A stretch of 64,000 nucleotides of DNA, taken from contig OZ249436.1 in assembly GCA_965235115.1 (NCBI GenBank), positions 15,068,001-15,132,000 on the forward strand. The letters run 5' to 3'. A model generated the notes under the pieces. That model saw only the letters and a program-made list of their open reading frames with translations. It searched no databases and was not told the origin of the DNA. The stretch comes from Laetmonice hystrix. Its lineage: Eukaryota. A program made the position numbers and the translations under genes. Positions 1-12,400 of the stretch are shown here, piece after piece (the first letter of the stretch is position 1; every line of letters begins with the position of its first letter).

Positions 1-383
1 GGGTGGATACCGCACTTCCACGGACGATTACACCTTCATGCTACTTCTATAATACCCTGTCAGTGGTAGGTACACAAGAACACTCTTCTCAATAATATGG
101 CATAAAGAAATATATTTGGCGAGGAAGGCGTTTATTTGTGGTGAATTTTATTATTAGGCCTACCCGTTCAGCAGGCGCTGTGTCTGATCAGCGGAGTTGG
201 CGCCATGCACGACGATCGCTCGTCGTGTGACGGGATGTCTGCGGCGGGCATGCATGGCCCGAGCGTCCGCGCCTTGACCTGAGAGCCAGACGTACGGGCA
301 GTTCTCAAATCTGCCTCCTATTATTTTCAACCAAGACCCATTTGATCCGCCCATAAAGCGAACGTATCATCTTTCTCTTGCAG

Positions 384-461
384 ATGGCTGTCAAAGCGAC
401 CCGTTTGCTGCTTGCGATCATGCTGCTCGCGGCAGTCGGCTACGCCAAGCCATATCACAAG
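384..461 (+). CDS. FSTL5: FSTL4/5-like coding exon 1: signal peptide MAVKATRLLLAIMLLAAVGYA-KPYHK
   Basis: Acceptor ctttctcttgcag directly before ATG (implies an upstream UTR exon). Basic n-region, hydrophobic core, G-Y-A cleavage site. Donor AAG|gtaagc, phase 0, matches exon at 17134. Confidence 0.8.
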
Positions 462-3400
462 GTAAGCCAGTTTCCCGGTAGGCCGCGCTACATAGGGCCT
501 ATAGGATCCTCCTCTAAAGCTAAAATCATTATAATATCGCAGGATTTAGCAGCAATAGCAAATGGCCTACACCAGCCTGCACAATGTGGTCAGAATTAGG
601 TCGAGTACGAAAAGAAATGTAGGCCTACTTTCTGCATGGATAGTTTTAGAACATGAAAGTTGAAGCGGAGAATGATATAGGCCTAGGTAATCTAACCCCG
701 GTACAAAATATCTTGGCATATCCTGAAACGCATAGACCCATGCCATATCTCGACTACAGGCAGCTGTGCCCAGACACAGGCCCAGACACAGAGACCGATA
801 TAGGCCTATACGGCCGGTTTTGAGATACGGCCGATTTTTCTCCATAGTTTTCCTACAGAGAAAAATCGGCCGTAGGCTATATCAAAATCGGCCGTATAGG
901 CCTATATCGGTCTGTGTATTTGGGCCTTAGCCCCTTAACCGTTGACGCTCTGGTCTGTGTACTCAATGAAGAGGTCACTGTGAGTATAGAATGTCCCGAT
1001 TCAACGGCAGGGACATTACGGTATAACGTTGGCGTTGGCCGCTTGGCTAGCTTGACTCGGTCGTTGACCCATGACATCAATCACCATTATGACCTAGAGC
1101 ACGGGTTCTATGTAAGCAGACACGGGATTTATTGGCTGTTTGTGTTGAGGAATGGTGTAACTCATGAGTCACACCCACTGTTGCAGGCGCGTGACTTGGC
1201 TGCTTGCTAGTGATCCTAAGCCTAATACTAAATGTCAACATGACTCAACATGAAGACATAATTATATAGCCTATTGGCCATACGGCATATTTTTAAAATA
1301 TTAAATTAGCCTTCATTTAAAGAGATATTTTAGGTAAAATGTAATTTTCAAAAGCCCTTTGATCCACTACTGTCGAACATATACCACAGACATTCAAGGC
1401 CTTTTAAGTCAAACTAAATGAGATTTAATTGGACGGTAATAGGTACAAAGTAACTCAAGAGTAACCTTCATATTATTGACCCGGATCCGCCACTCTGTTG
1501 TAGACCTGTATGGCAGAAGAATATAAGTCATGCAGATGCATAGCTTGTTCTTATTATCTCCACGAAGAACGCCATCTAGTGGGGATTTAAATAATTCTCA
1601 CAGTCTCCGATACGCATGGGTCCAGAATGATGATAATTGTGATAGGCCTAATCTTTACAACGTTTAAATACGTAGCAGCAGTAATAAGGCGTGTTCATCA
1701 GTTGTAATCCCGAACCGTTAACGTGGTAGGCCTGGAGTGGTGTATGGGAGGTGGATGGATGTTGCTGTGCTGCAGACAGTGGCGGATACAAGGACCCCCT
1801 CCACCCAAGCCAGACAGTAAACTATGACGACAGCAGCAGCAGGATCCACCCTGAGTATAAACAGCCTCCTTGGTCGTACCTGTCAGTCCACAAGTTGTGG
1901 ACGGATCACCATCCGAGAATCATTATGTCTTTGATACTATTTCTGCGTAATGTACAAGGAGCATGCAAACCATCTATAACTCATCAAACGGAGGGCAGAC
2001 TCCAGGGGAGGGAAGGTGGTAAGGTGTGGAGAGGGGGCAAACAGGAGAACCCACCAGACGGCAATGCTACAAGTAGGGCCTACATTGGCAGCGGCGTCAT
2101 GGGTATGATACCCACTCTATAATAATGATGAATCTATAGAGAGGGGCAAAAAAGGAGGTGGTCTGCTTAGAATGCCAAAGTCATTACCCCTCAGTTGCAA
2201 AGCCTAACTTAATACTGAAGACATATTTCCGGTCATTGTAAGAACACTTTCACTGCTGCGACAGCAATAGGCACTCAATTGGAAAGACTGGAGGTCCTAG
2301 AGGTTTTGCAGTAAGTTGTTGTCCATCCTATAAAAGGCGCTCTATCATTTTATCCGGACAAGACAGAAGATGCTAGCAATGTTGCCTGAAGAACAGTGAA
2401 AGAAGAACATCCGTATTCTTTATAGATTGATAGGAGTTGAATGTCTCCTGAATATATCTTTTCCCCCCGCACTCTGGTTAAAATCACTTTCTTATTCAAT
2501 AGAGCGACTTGGTTGAGTGTGTATCAGAAGGTGCCAATTGGTTCAGTCTTGTAAGATAGAAAACGTTCGCTCAGGGTCAAGGAAATGACCTTTTACCCCC
2601 AGCCATGAGATACAATCAGTTCAGTCATTGATTTATTCATTTCCACCCTCCCCGGTCCTCCTATCCTGTACAGTTCTTGCGAATTGCTCTCTGGCATTTC
2701 CTACTCTTATGCTACCCCATTTTATTCCTTACCCTATTTATCCTCCCCTGTAGCCCATGTTCCTTCTTCCCACAGCTCCCCCTCCCTACCGTCGAACTAA
2801 TCTTCCGCATCCCTTCCCCCCGGAGAGGGTAGCATCGAGATATGCGGCGGTCAGAAGGGTTGGCTGATGAGCTCAGTGTTGTCTGGTAAATTACAAGTAC
2901 AAGCTCACTGAGGGGCCAGTGAGTCATCCAACCAGAACCTCGCCCGGGCTATACACTTGCGAGCGGCAGCGTTCGCAAACCGAGTGCTCAGCTTCAGCGC
3001 TTAAAATGAGGCGCCGTTACACCTTCATTGGAACTATGGTACTACCATTTGAAAAATTGTTCGGTCGAAAATGCGTTTATCGACAGTATATTGACTAAAG
3101 GGCAGGTCGAAAAGGTTAGATAGATAAACCAGGGATGCATATAGGTCAATGTCATGTAGGACGTCCCCGTACCATAATAGTTGCCACCAGAGGTTGATTC
3201 AAAGCCACAGGAGGTTAATTCAAAATCATTGTATGGAGAGGACTGTACATAGATACTATAGAATGGAAATTGTTCCCGTTTTGAAGTGTAATTCAACAAA
3301 AAAGTGTATTTTGTTTTGATGCGTCCATTTGAACATTCACGATTTTAATGGATTGAAGGGGAATAATACGCATGGCATTGTGGTCTTCAATTGGTTAGAA

Positions 3401-6400
3401 AATAAATAGTCCTCAAGCCATCTGTCGGAACAAAGACCCGCCGTCGTTCGTTTTAACAGGTGGGATTTTTTGAGACATGTGCCAACTTCTGAGGCGTCGG
3501 TGCGACCCCTTTTTGTCCTTGCACGACTGTGAAAAGAACATCAGGCAGGTGTGGAAGATAGTACGTCTATGGTCACATTACTGAGCCGCCTGTCAACGGG
3601 TGTCAGGTGTCAGGCGTGTACAGGACGGTGGGGGGGGGGGGGGGCTGTATACACTTTTCAGGACTTGAACATCCACCGTGAATAAAAGATAGACAAACAA
3701 AAAGGGTGAGGATGTTACATAACTGGTAGGGTCACTGGTTGTCAGACTTAGGATAGTTCAGCAGGACAACTACTAGTATAGGGATGTGCACACATCGTGT
3801 GCCCCTGTCTAGGCCAAAGAGGTATACTGCCATTCTATTTCATACATTTCATATGAGGTCATATAGTATCTCATACTGTTCATCATTGTGACCACCCTAA
3901 CCCCTGGTCGAGGGAACCTTTGGCAACATGTCTCTGAAGATAGTGAATACGCACCGAAAGGGCGGAAAACTACCACCTTCCTACCCGGTCAAATTGTGTG
4001 CCTTGTAAAGGCTCCCGATTCTGAATTTGGATAAATCCTTTACACCCGAGTCCGTTGTTGGCAGTTTTGGGTTAGGTCATTGAGTACGTCGCCAGTGGCA
4101 GCATAATTTGATGGATCCACTTGAAAGCTGCAGCAAACAGAGCGAGCTCTGATCATGCGGTATCCAATGAACTAGCAACCTCTCAGTTCAGAGTCACGGA
4201 CGGGACAAATGACGTGGAGCAGTACATCTAAGTGCTGTTCTATGTATAAGTAGTCGGGGGGAAATGTAGTTACCAGGAAGACATATGGATTCCATTGGAA
4301 AATGTCTTTAAGAACTGTAATGTTTTTGTCAATTATCCTCTGAATATAATATGACTATTTCAAAATATTACTGGATAATTTTCCGTTATGTTATTTTATT
4401 CGGTCTTTTTAATAGAGGTACTTGGGCTTTTATTGGTGTTTCGGATACTCCTTGCAGATACGACATTAATGGAAGATTTGATCATTTTATCTGAGGTCTA
4501 AATCGGTATCAAGTACCAGACGTATTTCATAGTTAATCACTTACTTGGCAGTGGAATATTGTCATGAAAGTAATTCGATACCAGAGAGACACGTTTATGA
4601 CTAAGATCATCGCATTCGTCACAGTAATAAAAGAGCAGCAAGCCAGCAAATCTACCATATGAATTGTGGTTCTTGTCTTTCTTTTGTTGGTGGGAGCGTA
4701 CAGATTCTGTCAGGTAAGGAGGAGGTTTCAGCCCACTTATTGTTTTATAAATCTTGGATTTACGATCACTCTACCCTTAGGTTATCGGAAATTTCAGTGA
4801 AATGTCGATCTGCGCTGAGAAAAACAGAACACACGGACGGAAACACACAATATAATTCAGTCGCAATTAGCCCCTTTCAAGGCAAAACTTGGCCTTTTTC
4901 AATTTGGTAATGTATTAAAGACTGTATGTTATGAAACTGATTTCTTGTGCGATCATATTCAGTGTAGAACTGAGTGTTTGTTTGAACTCGATGTGGATAC
5001 CACCAAGTACCCTGAGGGTTTATCTTCAGGATACGCCCGGTGCATTGTGCCTATAGATGATCATTTATGTCACTAGAGATTATGCACTAATAAATATGGA
5101 CGGTCAGTACCATTGCTGATACTGCTGGCGGTAGTGAAGAAGATGACCGTACTGGGAGGTCTGCAGACAGTGGGCCTGCTTCAGTTGGCCACGTCCTTTT
5201 CGTAGGTCCGCGGGGACACTGGCACGAACCAGTAATGAACAGTACAGACAGACCGATGGCTTCCGGCTCTAGCAATTGGCAGCAGGTAGTCAGCGTCTTA
5301 ATTGAGATGCACATTCCAGCGTAAATTGAGATGCATGGCCGGACTTCATCATTTGTAGTTATCAGAACCGACGACAATAGTTTTAGGCACTCTTGAGGGT
5401 TAACAATGTAAAGCATTTATTGAGACCAAACTTGCGATCGAAGAGTCAACCATATAAAAAGGACTGAGTAGAAGCGAAAGGTTGAATCTCTTGCTAACGT
5501 TACAGCTGCTTACGGTGAGTTGGGTATCCCACTGTTTACTACTCTATTGTCTGCTGCTATGAATAAATGATGAGGCAGGTGCTATAAGGCTCCAACAGAA
5601 GCAAGACGAAGAGAAATGTGGATTTGTTTTTTTGTCCCTGACTATAGTGTGCAGTATGGCTGATTGGGAGTCCTAAGAGGATGCTGGTCAAATATAGAAC
5701 GACAAAAAATACGGGAGTGGGGGTAGTATGAAGAAATGACTGTTCATTGGATCGAAATGTCGTAAGGAGTGGATCTCGATCCTACCAATAGAGTTACCTA
5801 GATTAGCATGATCACTGCATATTCACATATCGAGTGTATTGCTCGAATAATTATACTATATCACAATTTATGTGTGCCACCCAACAGGTTTTGCTCTTTG
5901 TTGAATATTAGTAAGGATGATTTTTTTTGTCATTACCATATTGTGTGTAACACATTTTAAAAATTCCTCCGTACCTCAGCATAATAATTAATCAAAAGTG
6001 TTGCCTCCTTGTATACGTATTGTCGTTTTTTCATCCTAGGGGAGCTCGTGTTTTTAAACGTGTAACACGTCCAGTGTATAATCGTACTGAAGAATATTAT
6101 AATGTGCAAAATAAGGAAATGGCTTGGCCTGCTGTGGATTAGAAAACGCTTTCCAGACAAGTTCCAGCTCTCCTTCGTCATAAACACAGATTATCATGCA
6201 GCATCTGGGACGAGGACTCCAATCAGGCTACTTCCGAAAGAAAGATGAAACCATAGAAATAGTTTTATGAAGGTATATGCAGATATTTGTAAAGAACCAA
6301 CAATATGTATATTCTGTGAGAAAACAAAAACGCAGACTGAATGCACCCGTATAAGTGCCGCACGACGTATCACGTGAAACCACTATTACTTATCACATTT

Positions 6401-9400
6401 GTAGAGGAAAAATTCGAAATGAAATTATGATAAAGCGGTTTAGGGTTTGAAGGTCGTCCTGATCACCTTATCTTTATCTGTTTACTAAAATAGTTATTCT
6501 ACATCAGTCAGATCCACGTCTAAGGCCACTGTCAGTGCTGGTGGCCATTTACGTCAGGGTGCAATCAATATGTTGGCCATAACAGCACCCTCCACAGTGC
6601 ACCTGTCTCGAGGCACTGAGTGCATTCCACCAGCTACCAAGTTTAGATATAGGCCGTCATTGTTCTCTTTTTCCCACCCTCGCGGTTTATTTTTACCTGA
6701 GTTTCGGATTCAGGTTACGGATTCACGATTATTAAGGTTAAGTACAATAAGTTTGATAATAATTGGTTATACATGTAATTTGTATTTAACTGTCGCTAGA
6801 TGAGATATCGCTAGATGAATCTTTAACGTAGGAGGACATTTTCACGCATCCTGCGCTTCAAACAGAAATTTGAAGACACAGCAAATGCAGATGTTTGTTT
6901 TAGGCCAGTTTCACACTGCTGTCCCGGGTCAGTTTGACCTGGGGCATCCTTCTTGCCGAGGTAACTCGGCCGCCTCTGGGCTAAGTTACCCCGGGCTATG
7001 CACGTTCACATACAGCTGATTCGGGTATTAGCTGGGGGAAATCCTCAGTGTGAACATGCCCCTAGTTAAGATTTACGAGTGAGGTTCGTATTTTATTAGA
7101 GAGGTTTTTTTCTGAATTCCATAACATTCCATGTTCGTGTATATTTAATAGAGTCAGTACCTGTAGTATAGTTTCCTCATATACATAGAGAATATCATGC
7201 TGGACGTTTGCCTTAGGATATCAGAGAGAGTTTTTGATATCATAGAGTATTCTAACATCTCATGTAAGGGTGCCAACATTATCCTATATTCACATATAAT
7301 CTTTACTCATTGCTCGAGTAGGAAAGCTTACACGTGAAAATGTTGTTTATGAAAGGTAGTACCACATATGGTTAACCCTTCCCCAGTGAAGATTGATCAG
7401 TCATTAAAAAGTACACCACCGCGAATTCAGAAACCGCCACAACAGACATGAAAATTAAAGCGTGGAAGTAAGAGTCTCCTAGATATCGTTTCATGAACTA
7501 ATGCATCTAAATTTATCTGTTTTGTACCAAATGAACTTAGGATCTGTCTGAATATTAGTTGGAATAGGTATAGAGAATTCACTGGCTGGTTGGTAATATT
7601 GCACAATGATCTTCTTATAATTATCTTTATCTTATACATAAAGCGGACATGTACGTAGGCTTTTACAAACAGCGCAGTATATCTTGGCTGGTGTCCGTTT
7701 GCATGCACATTGGTCCGACCCTGAAGGTCTGGGTGGCCGAGGTGACATGCTGAGCAGCCTTCCAAGGTCTGCCGTGAGAGGAGCCTGTGCCGAGCGCACA
7801 TTGATTTCCTATATATCCAGGCAGTCGTCTCTTCCGTGCCTCTACATCACCGTACTGCTGACGCATTCCCGACTCCCACAGAAAACCGATGCAAGTACAT
7901 GTACACTGAAATAAAGTTGATTTTCTCCGTGTGATTATTCTTGAGAATGGAATTTTGAAAGTTACGCTGCTTTAGAAATACAGCTGTGCTATTATACCTG
8001 TGGCTGGCTGCGGTTCATTCGTCCCTTCTTCGTGGTGCTTGGTTGCTGGTGGTTGTTAGACACTGGTACCGGGTCGGCGTAGGGGATGGCAATTATCTAT
8101 ACGGGAGGATTGGAACAGTGTGTAACTGTGTGTAACAATGGATAACAGAAGGGCATTGTTCGCGGTCTTTGACTGACAGATCAATAGTACCATTCCAATG
8201 AATCATTTCTGAATGTAACGGATAAATACTTGAAACCTTTTATAGTGGTGTTTTAAGTGATACAAGATTGTAGAATACACTCTAATTTCTTGTAGGCCGA
8301 ATGAATGTGGTAAGAAATGTGGTAAAAGTGCATTGTACACTGCAGGCACAAGTACATTTAGCCATATTAATCTGAGTTATTGATATAAGGGATGGAAATA
8401 TCCTTTCATGACAAGGAACAGTTATACGGTAGAAAAGCACAAAGTTCCTTGTTATTCATTGTGCAGCCCTAACGAAGCAAGGACATTGAAGGAGGATAAA
8501 CCTAAAAATATAAATTATAAGAATGTTTTGATATCAGGGCCTTGGACAGAGATGATTCAGCGCTGGGCTGTTAAGGGCCTGTGGCTGGCAGCCGAAGCTG
8601 TGCAATTGGCAGGTCGGTGCCCATATTGCGCTCAGTCATTAGTTGCTAGCTTATGCAGGGTGGATCTCAAGGGGGATAGTTTTACTTACCATTAATGCAC
8701 CACGTGGTGTCGACCAGGGATCCAGAACTGTTGCCAGCCGATGTAGGAAGATGGCTTTGCTTGACCATTAGGCGAAATAACCCCGAGGTGTTCTGCATAC
8801 CATTCTTCCGTCCACAGTTGCGAGTTATTATTACAGGTCCGATCAAACAGTGGTCGAAACGTTAGCCACTGTTTGATCGGACACGTTATCATAGTAACCT
8901 TTTAAGGCTGTGTAATGAGTCAGATGGCCTGCCATAACACATCGAAGGTATAGTGTGGGGTTGATAATGGCCTGACATTGACCGAACGACCGCAAGGCTG
9001 CTACTGCTACAACTGCTGGTGGTGGGGGTGGTGGTGCTGCTGCTGCAGCTGCTGCCACTCCTTTCGGTCCTGCATCTGATGGGTTAACTGAATTCCACAT
9101 GGACACAATTAGATTTCAGCTGACTAGAGACAGCTGGTGGGACACATGAATACATGTAGGTCTATAAGCAAGCTTACCTACCCAAGTCGGTCATTGTTAT
9201 TGTGAAATTTCATGTTGACCTAACAAATTGCGTTTTTTCTTCTGAATCAAAATGCTTTTCAATACCTTAGTTGTTTTTAACCCAAAGATTTAGTAAATGT
9301 GTTCAGCAAGCAAAAGCTCTAAGTATAGGGGGTTAAATGTTTTTATGAACTGAAAACTTGGACGGTGAGAATGCTGTTATAGAATACAATTTATTCATTG

Positions 9401-12400
9401 TTTTGTTATAGGTTACATTATAGATACTGTAACCCGTTGATCCTTAGCCACACCCAGTTTATATAACGCCAGTGACACCAAGACTGAAAATTCCCCACAT
9501 CAACAGGAAGGCATGGAGGAATCAGGCACGGATCCGGAGGGGGGGGGGAGCTCGAACTCCCCGTGGGCCCCAAAGTGCCCTTTTTGCCTAACTTGTCATT
9601 CAATGTGATGTCAGTAGGTGACCTTTGAGAAGACCCTTCAAGAAATCCTGGATCCGCGCCTGAGGAGTCGGTGTGGAGGTGGGAGGTCTGATCGCCACGA
9701 TACTTCCAAATGTAGAGAACCCATCTCGGACTGCTTGGTTGTATTTATACCCTCCGGTTTGTCTCCCGATCTCCCTTCCTCCTCAAACCACGGGAGACCT
9801 AGGCGAGAACTAATATGGAGGTCAATGATCTCATGAGGTGTATAATCAGGCGTAAGTATCTTTGCTGATTACATGCACTCCCACAACACCAAATCTCCTT
9901 TTCTCCTTCATAAAGGATCCCGTCATGCAGAGCTCGTATTTGCAATGCTCATATTGCTCGTATTTCTCAGTCACCAGGTGTTGCCCAGTGAGGGTACCCA
10001 CTAACCAGGCCAGTTTGGCCTTCCTGGCTGAATGTCCCGTCTCTTATGGCTGACATTTTGAGAGACTGGCGGAAGCTTGGCACTGTCAGAACGACTGCAT
10101 GGAGTGTATTAGGTCCATGAGGGTTTGAATGGTGACCAAGTAATCGAGGCGAGACCTCTGCCTGGAGGGGACAGCCAGGTGCCAATAATGACCGTTGCCA
10201 GTCTCCAGGGGGAAGCGGCCATTGACCCTGGCAGCATCGGACTGGGTCGCTTTACGCAGGTCGTGTCACCTACAGCAGTTCACATTTCACACAGGCTTCA
10301 CAGGCCTGTCCGAGACGCAGAGAGAGCCCACGGCCACGCTATGCATTGCGTTTATACTGTCAGAACAACATCCGGTTACTAGAGATTGGACTTGGCATCG
10401 GCTGTTCATCCAGGCTCTTATTGGTGGCGATCGTCTGAAAAATGCACTTCCGGTTCGCATAAATAGGTTACGAAGTGGTAGCTGATCCTAGCCTTTTTTC
10501 TTGATTGCTAAGCCCATCTTTTTGGTATTTTATTGAAGTAGCATAGCCTTGAATGTGAAATGCTTCTAGATTGTCCGTGCACACTGTGTTAAACAATATA
10601 CTTAAGGCGAAGGATTGCGGAGGCTGACATTCCAGGGAAACTTCTTGCATATGGTGTTCATAACCCGACAGATTTGTCAGTGGATTTCAGGCAGCAGACC
10701 GTCCTCTGTCAGTTATAAATACATTGTACCCAGTGTGATGCTTGATAATTCAAAGAGACTTGTGTCGTAAAACTTGATTGCTGGACAACTTGAAAGGTGA
10801 AACACCAAGATCATCTCTTGAAGGCTATTCAGGGGTGTAGAAAAAGTGGGGGGGGGGGGCAGAGTTACATGCTTTGTTTGAATATAGTAAGGTAATAAAC
10901 CGATTGTCATTATATTAATTAGAGGGCCTAGGCCATATGGCTCAAATGTAAACGCTGGGCCAATAAGTCATTGGTTTGAGGGCCAAGTCCTTATGAACTA
11001 TAATGGAAAATAAAGAATTGGTCACGACCAGGAGTGTGTATCGTGGGTTATTGCAATTCGTGAGACAATATGGACCGTCAGGCAGTCTGTTGACAGTTGA
11101 CCGTCGGCCAGTGTTGGAATTGACTGGGAGCCAGTTTCGGAAGTTCACCGTGAGTTAAGGGGGAGTTAATTGTGAAGCCTAGTTCCTACCTAGCCGATTT
11201 TGATACTGGACTGTCACGAACTGGCAGTTCGGCACAGTTCTGCAAGTGGTAAAAAAGGGGTTCATAGTTGGCGTTGTAGGGCTTTGTGGGCGTTCGTAGG
11301 CTATTCGTAGCAGAACGTAGGATTTTGTATAAGTTTGTCATGGATCATGGCCAGTTATTACGAACTGCTATGAAGCAGGGCTATGAAGTGCTACGAAGTC
11401 TCACTAACCCAGACATTGTCATTGCAGATTGTGCAGGGTTCATAGTAGTTTGTACAGACTTCGTAAAGGGGCTTTCCCACATTCCCGAATTTTTTGTGAG
11501 AGCGCGCCGAACTGTCTCGAATTGAAATTCGTGACGGTTCTTGGTCGGTCGGCCAATTCGTAGTGTGTGACCTCACACACACTACAAATTGGCTGCGCAT
11601 TAGCTACGAACTGCTACAATCGAATGTACTTAGGAATTACCTACGTCTCCCCTACGGACCATGCCGAACTCGTGCCGAACTGTCACAAAGTATCTACAAA
11701 CTGTCCCGATTTACCCACAAACTACCTACGACACCTTAAGATTTGCTACGAATTGTGAAGACATGTCTAGAACTGCTACGACTGTCAAGGCTTGCTACGA
11801 TCGTAGGCAGGATCGTAGCTATTCTTAGCAGATCGTAGGAATTCGCAGGTGAATTGCATGAATTCGGCATATTTTTTAACTCTACGATTCATTACGAACA
11901 GGCACGAACCACTACGAAGTCCTATGAACCACTATGATCTACCTACGAATAACTTACGAACTGCTATGATCTTTTTTTGTCAGCGACTAAATTTCAAATT
12001 TTTCTTGACGATCTCCCTACGATTTCCTACGATCTTGAGATCGTAGCAGTTCGGGATCCAATTCGGGAATGTGGGAAAGGAAAGGGTAGTTTAATGTGGT
12101 CAATGTGGCCGAGGAGCGAGTCGACCGTGTAGGCCTATCAGTATTGGGGAGTTGACTGTGGACCAGTGTGTCTGGGGAGTCGACCGTGAATCAGGATTGG
12201 TGAGTTGACCGTGAGTCAATGTGTGGAGTTGACCGCGAGGGTGTGTGGGGAGTTGAATGCATTTAGGCTGTGAAACAGGCCAGGGCCATTGATCTCAGCC
12301 TAATAATGGCTAATGGGTCCGTATAGTGGATGGATTGCTGTAATCGTATGCAATCCAACCTGATACTCGACCTGGAACCACGACGACTGTGGTGCATTCT

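Noticed and set aside
2890..3002. Possible tRNA-derived SINE head on the minus strand (similar hint near 42280)
   Set aside because: A/B boxes too degenerate; no second copy, tail or TSD visible.
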